Source: a virus (lineage: Duplodnaviria > Caudoviricetes). Taken from it: a stretch of 64,000 nucleotides of DNA. Where the stretch lies: positions 1 to 64,000 of the IMG/VR virus record IMGVR_UViG_3300032075_000001; one strand, written 5' to 3'. The notes beneath the pieces were generated by a model, which was not told where the DNA came from, ran no database searches, and was given only the letters and a program-made list of their open reading frames with translations. Numbering within the stretch: position 1 is the first letter of the stretch; each line of letters begins with the position of its first letter. Of this stretch, positions 42,001 to 51,250 are shown in pieces. Both the position numbers and the translations under genes were made by a program.

Positions 42001-42939
42001 CGAACTTCCTTTAGCGATCTCTTCGCACTCTCGGACTCGATCTTTCCCACTTTGAACCACTTGCTCCCACTGACTGACGCTCTCGTCTTCGGTGATTCAA
42101 TCCAGTTGCAGGTGGGTTATGAGATTGCGAATGCGGATGTGCTCTCGCTCAGCGATAATATCTCCCTGCGTGTGAGTTACAATCTCGCGTTCTCGGACAA
42201 CCTCACTCTAACTGATGACGTACAACTCAACCTGTCATATCGCACGCAACTCGCTGATAGTTTTACGCTGACGGATTCCATCGCAACGACACTCAGCTAT
42301 AATCAGTCTCTTGCTGACTCACTCACACTCACCGATAGTGTTCAGTTGCAATTGGGTTACGAACTCGCTACGTCTGATTCGATCGCCCTCACCGACTCGT
42401 CCACCACCACTCTCACCCACATCCTCTCACTTGCGGATAATGTTGCATTATTAGCTGATTCCGCCCTGTTTACCCCTGGTCTAACCCTGATTATCGCGGA
42501 TAATGGGCCAATCTTCACTGACTCAGTTTCCTTGTTTGGTACAGGCCAGCTTCAACTCAGCGACGCGCTCGCACTCACTGACTCGCTCGCGAAGTTCAGC
42601 GCTGGGTTCATTGAGTTCGACGACACGCTCGTCATCTCAGACAGTGTCGCCATTGACCTGCGCGGGCCGGACTTGGACGAGGCGCCGAGTGATTCGTTGC
42701 TACTGACCGACGCGATCTCGATCTCGCTCGGCAATGAACTACGCATCGAGTTGCAACTCACCGATACGATCACACTTACTGACCACTATTTCGACCTCCG
42801 CTATCCCTACACCCCTAGCGCTAAACGACATATTGTAGTACCATCCCGCGCGAGGGTGACGATCCCAGCTAAACGAACAGGAATTGTAGTGCCGCCGAGT
42901 GACAGAATGACGAGAATCGAACGAGCAAGGCTGAATTAG
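39079..42939 (+). CDS. Giant acidic repeat protein, putative virion fibre/head spike
   Basis: N-terminal beta domain, ~20-21-aa xxLxDxLxLxDxxxxxLG repeats, inserted globular domain, basic C-terminal R/IVVP tail. Confidence 0.7.
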   Translation: MAFAVRTAGVASGGSSSGTGNRTATFTPAVGDLVVVYCCVAANTNDTPTCSDDNSGTYDLIDTLNFAISTVNYRLSVFIRTALMVNTTATTITVATGSNTSGTIHVVPCTGVTRTGANAVRSKGSQNNQAAGTAAPTLNQAALTNNGTLVAQGSADTTTTPPTNWTEILDTSQINDTVALESASRASGFTGTTITFGAASSTQFCAHAMEIDITVPLTQSASDDVNNLADARGLGYGNLHADTLNALTDTAQIVLGYSVAATDTVTLTDGEARLLGTQTTLADTLAALSDANAQLLGYLLALADTEAANWADSHQLLLSQRLALADNSFNTADAATIQLGITLALTDSLEPLTDDESRLVTIQLAFSDLITLSDSIPELTHGFNFRSTSTFVTDGADQTYVLSNTYPVTRDDFNFGYQIPGIARVDRSTGTDPRLAGAHLATNEEEATYVFRLDLPTAGTYRVGLAIGDFSASARSYIEVRDNNTPFITFSPIDTNAGEFADATGTIHTAANWPANNTTVEHVFTSTILRIAINGTFDSGDSAIAHLSISQVQEGATTPFAIGYGLLITEALDALTETLNLHSDGELRTSDSLALTDAFTLHLHVISSVLELELDDQLSLDDSCALGHGLSCVDSVSLTDSVAVQLGYLAQFSDSLQSFNDSVSLQLGQLAALSDSLTLTDSELTTLGYEEQATDTLVLTDAETNELSYRFTFTETITLTDSLALGIGLIFADTAAILTDSISTQLDHLLDFSDSLIIIDSVVITLGYAESASDSLLLTDAESHRLDQLRAFSDLLVLTDEVALGFGLLFTDNVATFTDSISVRLNELLNFSDSLVLADNVSLRLAYELQFADSIDNLLDNETQRLEQRLTFTDSLNTLSDSLTFTLGEVLSFSDSITLIDSLVLGYGLALTDDASFLMDDILTSAPQGPLREVGVTDALTPLTDEVLLRLDYLLSVADTVANLDDSSALIEGLRTSFSDLFALSDSIFPTLNHLLPLTDALVFGDSIQLQVGYEIANADVLSLSDNISLRVSYNLAFSDNLTLTDDVQLNLSYRTQLADSFTLTDSIATTLSYNQSLADSLTLTDSVQLQLGYELATSDSIALTDSSTTTLTHILSLADNVALLADSALFTPGLTLIIADNGPIFTDSVSLFGTGQLQLSDALALTDSLAKFSAGFIEFDDTLVISDSVAIDLRGPDLDEAPSDSLLLTDAISISLGNELRIELQLTDTITLTDHYFDLRYPYTPSAKRHIVVPSRARVTIPAKRTGIVVPPSDRMTRIERARLN

Positions 42940-43034
42940 CTTTAGATGTTTATCCAGATAGCGATGGCGATGGCGTACCTGATGCCTTTGAGAATCGACT
43001 GTCGATTAGTGAAATTCTAAACGGTAACGATTCA

Positions 43035-44656
43035 ATGAACGCTCTCGATATTGCGCAAAGGTCCAACAAGGCCCTGAATAAACAGGTTGCCGCACTGCGT
43101 TGCCAGTTAGGAAGCGCTGAGAACGAAATCGAAAATCTGAAAGCTAAGAATACTGCACTGACGGCCCAGTTAAAAATCCCTGTATCGGCGACTGATAGTA
43201 GTACGATTGTCACCGTTGAAATCGAGAAGACTATGCGTTCAGCCAATGCAGGAGAATGGGTATTCACCGCGCAGGGGCTTTTCCAGTGTCCGGGGTTCGA
43301 CGCTAATCGTTATCGAGGTTACGTAGTTCGGCGCTTCATTAAATAATCTCAATGAGCACCGCCCGCATCCAACTCCGCGAACTGATCGTCGCCGACATCA
43401 ACGAGCACCACCCTGATAACGCGGACAAAGCGCAGGCGATCGTGGATCAACTACTCAACATGCCGCAGATGGAATCCGACGACAGTGTGATTCGGTTCAT
43501 CAATTCGTATCGACGGGCGGTGGAGAGGAGGGACAGTGGGGGAATTCCTGCTCAATAACATCCGTCAGCAGATAGTCGTGATGCAGCAAATAGGTAAGAA
43601 GCCGGAGCGGCTGGTCTGTGATACCCGTAGCTGGGATGCGCTCGTTGATGAACTCGTGCCCTTGCTGCCAATGTATCCACTCACGTCCGGCAGGCCAAAG
43701 ATCTACGGACTGGAAGTTGAGTTCTCCCCTGAACCAAACTTTGAGGTGAAGTGAATGGCCTTCTCCGACAAACTCGCAGTAGCTGATGGCGTCTCAATCA
43801 CACTCAACTGCGGCCTCTGCGGTCAGGTCGCAACTGAGAACCACTCCTGCACAAAGCGCTACTTGCGCAATCCGGCAATCGTCTTCGTGCGGTGCTTGGT
43901 TGATCCATCCTCAGACGATCCCAACGACCTCTTTCTCGTGAAGGTGAAGGATTGTAGTGAGGAATACACGACGACAAGGGAGACATTGAAGCGGGATTAT
44001 GAGGAGCTATGAAATTTTGCTTGTTTGCCAATGCGACCTTTGAGGCTGAGAACATTGACGATGCTTTCAAGCGGCTTGCGGCCCACTTTCAACAATTAGC
44101 TGAGTATGGGGTTGGCGATTCATCGGAAGACGATCAGTTATTTGAAGGTGGAGTTGTTCAGATTACCAAGTATCGCGATCATGACGGAGATGAATCTCGA
44201 TGACCTGCACGCACGAATCCTTCAGCGGCTCGGTTGAAGTAGGGCGCATCGTCGATCGCTCTCCGATTGAGTTCATCGCTGAAGTGACAATCCACTGCGA
44301 CGAGTGCGGGCTGCCGTTCACTTTCGACGAGAATCACTTCGCGGTGAGTGTGGACAGGTTGCGACTGAGGTACAAGTTGAAGCCTGCGTCAACTGTTTCG
44401 AGCAATGGAAGGCTGAATTGAAATGAACTGTGAATACTGTGGACGATTCGTAAGAGACGAAACCTGTGCTGGTTGTGGTGCGCCTAATCGCTACGTTCAT
44501 CAAGGTGATCCGATTCGACTACGAGCGGGAGTCGATCCCCGTGAGCGCGGATACTTTAGTACCTCCGGCTACTTTGGTGAGCATACGATGATAAGCACTG
44601 CTATGTTTAGTACTACAAGCCTCGGAAGAGAGTTTCGCCGCACCGACGAATTCTAA
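43035..44656 (+). CDS. Cluster of small hypothetical genes
   Basis: Coupled plus-strand ORFs. Confidence 0.5.
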
Positions 44657-44671
44657 CTATAAGGAGACTGA

Positions 44672-45991
44672 ATGTCTGGACACTACCCAATGTTCACTGG
44701 TCTAATGATTGGTATTCCCCTCAGCGGTCGGCCCATCGTGCCGCAGTGGGCCTTCGGTTACGCGGCCCTCCATCCGCCCATGTGCTACAACGTCATCACT
44801 TGCCATACGTGGAAAGCGCCGATTGCAGAAGCGCGCAATTACTTCGCTGAGCAGGCGATCGCAAACGGAGCCCGTTACCTTTTTACCCTTGACGAAGATG
44901 TCGTTGCACCGGGCCACACTTTGCGTCAGCTCATCTATCAAGCCGAGAACAGGCCAGAGGCAATGGTCATCGGCGGTATCTACTGCCATAAATCTCCGCC
45001 TGCAATGCCGATGGTGTTTCGCGGTATGGGCGCTGGTCCATACTTCGATTGGAAAGCGGGCGAGCTATTTGAAGTTGATGGCATTGCGATGGGCTGCACG
45101 TTGATCAAAACGGAAGTCTTCAAGCACTTGCCTAAGCCTTGGTTTCGCACAGTTGACGATCTCAGCGCATACTTCGACGGCAAGACGAAAGCAGAAGTGT
45201 GGACGGAAGATCTTTGGTTTTCAAAACTGGTAAGAGACGCAGGGTTTAAGATCTACGCTGACGGCGCGGTCCTGTGCGAACACTGGGATTACAACACGAT
45301 GACTGCGACGACGCTCCCAGCCGACTCCCCGCCGATGCGCCGCGCCACTACCGCAGTCAAGGGTCAGAAAAAGATTCTCGACTTAGGCTGTGGTGAGAGT
45401 AAATACCAGTCTGATGAAGGTGACGTATTGACAGTCGATATTCGCGAGGATGTTAACCCTGACTACCGTGCGGATCTGCGTCAACTACCATTCGCGACCG
45501 GGGAATTTGATCAAGTCTATAGTTCGCACGTGTTTGAACATTTCTCCCGTGCGGATGTCGTCAAAGTCATGGACGAAGCGGTTCGCGTACTCAAACCAGA
45601 CGGTGAACTGCGACTCGTGCTCCCGAATATCCAATGGGCCGCAGAGCGCATCATGCAGAACAAGGTCGATGACGACGTGATGAATGTCGTTCTGGGAGCC
45701 CAAACCTACAAAGAGAACTTCCATCAATTCTTCTTTACTCCACAGACTTTGGAAGTTATGCTAAAAGAGCGCGAGTTTAAACGGGTTGATTTTCAGTTGT
45801 CCGGTTACAATATCTATTGTAGAGCATGGCGACAGCCACCCGCTGACTTGCCGAGTCTGGGCCAGCCACCCAAATCAGTCAGACGGTTTACCAACAACGG
45901 AAAGGCCCATCATGAAATGAGTTTGTCGAGTAATGGGTACAAGAAGCGGAAGGTGGCAACTAAGTCTTCGTCCAAGAGTAAAAAGAAATGA
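44672..45991 (+). CDS. GT2-family glycosyltransferase fused to class I SAM-dependent methyltransferase
   Basis: IAEARN, LFTLDED (DxD), GCTLIK, EDLWF; ILDLGCG, SSHVFEH, RVLKPDG. Confidence 0.9.
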   Translation: MSGHYPMFTGLMIGIPLSGRPIVPQWAFGYAALHPPMCYNVITCHTWKAPIAEARNYFAEQAIANGARYLFTLDEDVVAPGHTLRQLIYQAENRPEAMVIGGIYCHKSPPAMPMVFRGMGAGPYFDWKAGELFEVDGIAMGCTLIKTEVFKHLPKPWFRTVDDLSAYFDGKTKAEVWTEDLWFSKLVRDAGFKIYADGAVLCEHWDYNTMTATTLPADSPPMRRATTAVKGQKKILDLGCGESKYQSDEGDVLTVDIREDVNPDYRADLRQLPFATGEFDQVYSSHVFEHFSRADVVKVMDEAVRVLKPDGELRLVLPNIQWAAERIMQNKVDDDVMNVVLGAQTYKENFHQFFFTPQTLEVMLKEREFKRVDFQLSGYNIYCRAWRQPPADLPSLGQPPKSVRRFTNNGKAHHEMSLSSNGYKKRKVATKSSSKSKKK

Positions 45992-46353
45992 TCGACCCCG
46001 CAGAGTTGCGTGACCTGATTAAGCAGTACGGCGCTGAAGTTGACGACGAAGCGTACAAGGATGTCTACGACTTTGGCATCTGGTTCGCGGACAAGCAAGA
46101 CGCAAGCGATGTAGTACTATCCGATTGGACTCCCGTCACAGTAGGGAAGGGGATAATACGTGGCTGACATCGAAATTAGTGAAACGTCGAAAGTTGAAGC
46201 CCGTGTTTTTGCGCGGCTGCACAAATTAGACCAAAGATCGGAATGGGCGCTTGCTCAGCTTCTAGAAAAAGTCTGGCAAGATGGTTGTCAGTGTGAGCGC
46301 ACGATGCAATTTCTTGAGCGTGACATCATTCCCAACGTAAACCCCGTTAAGCA

Positions 46354-46623
46354 ATGACCCCCTTCATCCAAGATCCAAACGCCGTGCTCGACTATCCCTT
46401 CGATTGGTCTACTTATCTTGCAGGGGATACGATTCAGACGAGTGTGTTCTCCGCTGACAGCGGCATCATGGTCGAATCGGACGCGATTCTCGATCCCTCT
46501 AACACCGTCGTCTGGTTGTCGGGTGGAGTGAAAGGCAAGCGCTACGCAATCACGAATCACGTCAAGACAGCGGGTGCTAGAGAGGATGATTGGACGATCT
46601 ACGTGCTGGTGAAGGAGCGGTGA
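46354..46623 (+). CDS. Fibre/spike adaptor-like structural protein
   Basis: QDPNAVLDYPFDWSTYL...VWLSGG..G..Y.ITNHVKT pattern. Confidence 0.7.
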   Translation: MTPFIQDPNAVLDYPFDWSTYLAGDTIQTSVFSADSGIMVESDAILDPSNTVVWLSGGVKGKRYAITNHVKTAGAREDDWTIYVLVKER

Positions 46624-47063
46624 TGCGGGAACTTATCTTTCGACCGATACCTGAAGATGATGGTTCGTACCTTGAGGAACCTGAATATGACGTGCTGCTG
46701 GACGGGGAGAGTTTAACAAAGATTCGCTCTGACGACATGGACCTTCGTTCCGGTTCCCTTGATCCGCTGTGGCAAAAACTTGGTCTAAAGGTTACTTTTG
46801 AAGAAGCTGACGACTGGGACTAAATGGCCGAGCTTAAATTAACTAAAGAGCTACTGGAGACCAAGCGTCCGCTGTCAGAGATTCGCAGTGGGCTACTTAC
46901 CCGTCGTCACAAGCTACGTCCAGAAGCTGGACCACCCGTTGCGCTCATTGTTTCTAACGATGACTTCCCGATTGATTTATACGACGGCGACAGCATGACG
47001 ATCATTGTAGCGAGTGACGATAAGCCGACTATTCTTAGGATAGTAACGACCGATTCCCGTTAA
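46623..47063 (+). CDS. Two small hypothetical genes
   Basis: Coupled ORFs before the portal gene. Confidence 0.45.
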
Positions 47064-47066
47064 GCG

Positions 47067-48479
47067 ATGGCCCTCAACTTTCTAGATCGAATGTCCGCTG
47101 CATGGAAGTCACTCCGCTTCCCTGCGCCTTCCCCACCCAACCTCGTCTCCGTCTTCCCGACATGGGCCGACTTCGATCAAGCGGTTAATCAACTCCTCAT
47201 CGGCTTCAAAGGAACTGAGCGCGACTACGCCTCCGCGGTCGGCGATCTCACGATGTCGTCGTTGATGATGGCCGCAGTAACCGCAGTGGGTAACTCTGCC
47301 TCTGAAGCTGAGCTGCAAGTCCGCGAGCAGCAAGGGAACGAGGAAGTGATCGTCGATAACCACTCCCTCGTCAAACTCTGGTATCGGCCCAACGACTTCT
47401 ACGATGCCCCGACGATGCTCAAAGCCGTCTCCACCAGTTGGGTGATGACCGACAACGCTTACATTCGCAAAGAGCGCAACGATCAAGGGCGGGTGAAAGA
47501 ACTTTGGTATGAGCCGCATGGTACGATCCGGGCTAGGTACCCCGAAGACGGATCGTCCTTCATCTCCCACTATGAAGTTAAACGCGGCCCAGACTGGTTG
47601 CCGATCCCTGTCACTGATGTCATCCACTTCCGCAATGGCCTAGACCCCGCCAACCCCCGCTATGGACTCGCGTCCACCCCCGCCATCTTCCGCGAGATCT
47701 TCGGTGACAACGAATCGGCAAACTGGTATGCGAATTTGATGGCGAATGATGCTGGGTTCCGCTACTTCCTGTCCATCGACAATAAAGCTGGCGAACTCGG
47801 GCAGGAAGACATCAACAACATCAAGAAGCTGCTGATGGCGCAGATCTCCGGTGATAAGAAATTCACGCCGCCGATCATCACCAACGCTGAGCCGAAGAAG
47901 TTGCAGTTTTCGCCACAGGAATTAGACCTGAGACTACAACGCTATCTCGCTGAAGAGAGATTTTGCGCGGTGAAGGGGATTCCGGGTACGGTAATGGAGT
48001 TTGGCTCGGCGGGGGAGCATTCGATTTATAATAATGTATTCCAGAGCCAGCAAAGGTTTACTAATAACTACCTAGTCCCTCTTTGGAAGCACCTTGCTGA
48101 GACTCTCACGCATCACCTGCTGCCCGATTTTGATAACCAGCCTAACCACTACGTCTTCTACGACACTGCCGATGTGAAGGCACTGCAAGAGGATGAAACT
48201 GCTCGTCACAAACGTATTCGCGAGGATTATTTAGGCGGCGGAATTACTCGCGCTGAGTACCGTCGAGCGATCGGACTGGACGCAACTGAGGCTGACGACG
48301 TATATTTCGTCCCGAGAGGTGGGGCAACGCAGGCGCGCGATGCCACTGCGCCAGCTCATGCCGCTGCTCCTGCGACTACGACCGCAACTGCGAGTAACAA
48401 TGGAAACGGTGCAAGCGATAACGGCACAAGTGGGGTAAAACCTAGTCCGGCAATTTCAACAGCGAGGTTGGTTTCGTGA
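47067..48479 (+). CDS. Portal protein (HK97 family)
   Basis: DNAYIRKER, DVIHFRNGLDP..PRYGL, low-complexity C-tail. Confidence 0.93.
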   Translation: MALNFLDRMSAAWKSLRFPAPSPPNLVSVFPTWADFDQAVNQLLIGFKGTERDYASAVGDLTMSSLMMAAVTAVGNSASEAELQVREQQGNEEVIVDNHSLVKLWYRPNDFYDAPTMLKAVSTSWVMTDNAYIRKERNDQGRVKELWYEPHGTIRARYPEDGSSFISHYEVKRGPDWLPIPVTDVIHFRNGLDPANPRYGLASTPAIFREIFGDNESANWYANLMANDAGFRYFLSIDNKAGELGQEDINNIKKLLMAQISGDKKFTPPIITNAEPKKLQFSPQELDLRLQRYLAEERFCAVKGIPGTVMEFGSAGEHSIYNNVFQSQQRFTNNYLVPLWKHLAETLTHHLLPDFDNQPNHYVFYDTADVKALQEDETARHKRIREDYLGGGITRAEYRRAIGLDATEADDVYFVPRGGATQARDATAPAHAAAPATTTATASNNGNGASDNGTSGVKPSPAISTARLVS

Positions 48480-49015
48480 GCAAATTTAGCAGCCTAAAAT
48501 GCGGGAAGCGGCTACCAAGCATCGAACGAAACGGATGGAGATTTTCATTGCTTTGCGATTTGCCTATGGCCCATGAAGGTCCATGTGAGCCGGACGATCT
48601 AGAAATCTTGGCAGGAACTATTATTCCTAGCCTAAAACAGCATCAGTGGTGGTGCGGCGGTAAGGAACCGTGTGCTTGTACTGAGACGTGGAAAGCCAAA
48701 TACCTTAAACGTCCAGATCCCGATGGCACGATTGAGTTGATGTTAAAACAGGCTCGCGCAAACGATAAACACACAATGGAAGCAATTTACGGCAGGCAAG
48801 ATTGATTCCGAATGAGCACCCAATCCATCCCCCGCCTGATAAAACCTGTTGCAACCGAGCCAATCGGTGATAGAATCCGGCTGACTGAAGCGCTTGAGGT
48901 CGAAATCAGACGCATTGTGCGCGAGGAGATGAGAGAGTTTCTACTGGCCCAGCGCCGGGCCGCGAAGTACATCGATAGTGCGGTAATTCAACAGCTTGGA
49001 TTGACAACTTCTTAG
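48476..49015 (+). CDS. Two hypothetical genes (48476-48805, 48812-49015)
   Basis: Coupled ORFs after the portal gene. Confidence 0.5.
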
Positions 49016-49096
49016 GTCGCAGCTCGAACCGAGCCCCGCCTGTCATTTTGCAGATCGCGCTAGTCGCCTGTCTGTGATGACAGGCTTTTCGTTTTT
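49001..49096 (+). promoter_or_regulatory. Structured element copy 1 (hairpin + stem-loop + U tract)
   Basis: GGTCGC-A-GCTCG/AAC/CGAGC-CCCGCC, then GCCTGTC/GACAGGC stem and TTTTCGTTTTT. Confidence 0.6.
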
Positions 49097-49697
49097 ACTG
49101 GATATGTTTCCAGATTTGACCAGTGTTAATCCGGCAGATGACGCTCTGAGCGATATTGAATTTTCGACCGATTTCAGCCTGAGGTAAACCGAGCTTGAGT
49201 AATTGCTTGATTTCAGAAACCTGCGCATCTTGCAACTTGGTCATGAAGTTATCTTGCCCGCGAGGTAGACGCTCAGGATGTTTACGTGAGCCGTTTCTGT
49301 CACCAAATGCTGCAAGTCCAGTTCTGGAGGCATGTTGATGATTTTCCAGAACAGTACAGTATTCAAGGTTCTCGGCGTGATTGTTGAGCTTGTCACCGTC
49401 GAGGTGATTGATTTCGTAACCCGCTGGACGTGGCCCAATAAAAGCTTCCGCTACCAAGTGATGGATGAGGGCCTGTCTACGGTGCTCTCTTCCGTTACTC
49501 AGCACGACGAAATAATAGCCACGTCCGTTTCGTCCGTTGATTTGCGGCTTGCGGATTCGATTGATCGAAGTTCTAGGACGTGGAGAGATATTTCTAACCC
49601 GGCCATGATTAGAAACTTCATACAACAAATCAAAGCCGTTAACGGGCTTCCATTGTTCGACGTTGTTGGGGCTCACGAGCGAATTATACCACTTCAC
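49095..49697 (-). CDS. NUMOD4-HNH homing endonuclease, antisense to the head operon (probable start GTG 49676)
   Basis: EQWKPV.GF..LYEVSNHGRVR, IHHLVAEAF, INHLDGDKLNNHAENLEYCT..EN..HA. Confidence 0.93.
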   Translation of the reverse strand: MKWYNSLVSPNNVEQWKPVNGFDLLYEVSNHGRVRNISPRPRTSINRIRKPQINGRNGRGYYFVVLSNGREHRRQALIHHLVAEAFIGPRPAGYEINHLDGDKLNNHAENLEYCTVLENHQHASRTGLAAFGDRNGSRKHPERLPRGQDNFMTKLQDAQVSEIKQLLKLGLPQAEIGRKFNIAQSVICRINTGQIWKHIQ

Positions 49698-49714
49698 CGA
49701 TAGGAGATGAACGA

Positions 49715-50239
49715 ATGAGTCGGAAGAAAAAAGACACTATTCAACCCGCTGTCGTTGAAGAAATGGGCGATACGTATCTACTCCGGGGCTGTATTGAGAT
49801 GCAACTCCACAACGCCTTCAACGGTGAGCCAGTGGGCGATCGTATGCGCATGAACACGGTAGTGACCGCTGGACGCCGCTGGGTACTGGAGAAGATTGGT
49901 TCATTCTCCAACCAGACGAACTCGATCAATGCGATTGCAGTTGGAACTTCGACTACTGCGCCAGCGACAAGCGACACTGCGCTCGGATCTGAAATCACTG
50001 CGTCAGTGGGACGCAAGACGATCGGCACGTTCACTACTACGAATCTGACAAGCAATCCTCCGTCGTGGCGCGCAGAGGTGAGTTTCGCCACTGATGAAGC
50101 AACCGGGACGCTGGGTGAGGCGGGGTTGTTTAATACGTCGAGTGCGACGGCAGGCACGCTCCTGTCACACGTGACGTTCAGCACAATAAACAAATCAACT
50201 TCAAATACACTTTCCGTGAGTTATACGATATCAGGATAG
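49715..50239 (+). CDS. Virion structural protein (fibre-base-like)
   Basis: NTVVTAGR, AIAVGTSTTAP..SDTALGSE, EAGLFN, TLSVSYTI pattern. Confidence 0.65.
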   Translation: MSRKKKDTIQPAVVEEMGDTYLLRGCIEMQLHNAFNGEPVGDRMRMNTVVTAGRRWVLEKIGSFSNQTNSINAIAVGTSTTAPATSDTALGSEITASVGRKTIGTFTTTNLTSNPPSWRAEVSFATDEATGTLGEAGLFNTSSATAGTLLSHVTFSTINKSTSNTLSVSYTISG

Positions 50240-50242
50240 TGT

Positions 50243-50272
50243 TTGCGGCAATGTAGCATCTTGTGGTATACT
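50243..50272 (+). promoter_or_regulatory. Promoter of the downstream homing endonuclease
   Basis: TTGCGG-18-TATACT; SD AAGGAGG; ATG 50296. Confidence 0.6.
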
Positions 50273-51132
50273 CCATTTCAAGGAGGAATTACAAGATGGA
50301 AGAAAGATGTACCAGATGCAGATCTTTGAATCATACGTCCGGGGAACACGCTGAGAAGCTAGCGGAAGGGCGTCGTAATAGTAGTAAGTGGCGAGAAGCG
50401 GTTGCGGCTGCCAATACGAGAACGAAAAAGGGAAAGCCAGCTCGTTTTCGCGATCCGATAGCACGCGGTAAGGCGATAGCCCACGGTCTTAGTAGACCGG
50501 AAACCAAAGCGTTACGGGTAAAGGTACTCAAGGAAGTATGGGCCAAGCGCTCCGAGGAAGAACGGCAAGCTATTGGTGCCAAAAGTTCAGCGAGCCAAAA
50601 AGGCAAGGAGTTTACCCCTGAGCACTTAGCCAATCTGCAAGCCGCAAACGCAAAACCACGCAGCGAGACACATCGACAAAAGTTGTCAGAGGCCCGAAAA
50701 GGACAGTCGTCATGGAACAAAGGCTTAACTATATTTACCAACGCCTCAGTGGCGGCGATGTCGGCCAAACAGGTTGGACGTATCCCGGACTACAACAAGT
50801 ATCGAGCGCACTACGATGGCCCAAAAGGAAAATATCTCATGCGCTCGCGTTGGGAAGTGGCTTACGCAGAGTGGTTGGATGAACAGGGAATTGATTGGCG
50901 GTACGAGCCACGCTGGTTCAATCTTGGCGGCACGAGCTACACACCAGACTTCTACTTGCCTGCCGAAGATCGCTACGTGGAGATCAAAGGACGGATGACT
51001 GAAGAGAACGCAAAGAAGTTGAAAAGATTCGCGGAACGCTATCCGCATGTTAATCTAACTGTTCTGCAACGAGCGGAACTAACTGCGATAGGTTTACTGG
51101 ACAAGCATTGTCGATTGGTGAAACGTCAGTAG
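50263..51132 (+). CDS. NUMOD3-repeat PD-(D/E)XK homing-endonuclease-like protein (probable start 50296)
   Basis: HRQKLSEA, SWNKGLT repeats; MRSRWE..YAEWLD...WRYEP...YTPDFYLP...YVEIKG. Confidence 0.85.
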   Translation: MVYSISRRNYKMEERCTRCRSLNHTSGEHAEKLAEGRRNSSKWREAVAAANTRTKKGKPARFRDPIARGKAIAHGLSRPETKALRVKVLKEVWAKRSEEERQAIGAKSSASQKGKEFTPEHLANLQAANAKPRSETHRQKLSEARKGQSSWNKGLTIFTNASVAAMSAKQVGRIPDYNKYRAHYDGPKGKYLMRSRWEVAYAEWLDEQGIDWRYEPRWFNLGGTSYTPDFYLPAEDRYVEIKGRMTEENAKKLKRFAERYPHVNLTVLQRAELTAIGLLDKHCRLVKRQ

Positions 51133-51136
51133 CTTT

Positions 51137-51235
51137 TTAACAATTTAATCAGGGTCGCACGCTGAGCAATCAGCCCCGCCCGCTATTTACCGGATCGCGT
51201 AACAGCCCGTCCGGTGAGTGGCGGGTTTCTTTGTT
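51137..51235 (+). promoter_or_regulatory. Structured element copy 2 (hairpin + stem-loop + U tract)
   Basis: GGTCGC-AC-GCTGA/GCAA/TCAGC-CCCGCC; CCCGCC pairs with GGCGGG (51220-25), then TTTCTTGTTT. Confidence 0.6.
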
Positions 51236-51250
51236 TGAGGACTCATCAAG

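Noticed and set aside
39229-42773. Ser-rich antisense ORFs over the fibre gene
   Set aside because: Shadows of the repetitive plus-strand codon pattern; no SD or independent motifs.
49015-51250. Group I introns around the homing endonucleases
   Set aside because: Flanking genes look complete and no P7-type core motifs were recognised; treated as free-standing endonucleases.
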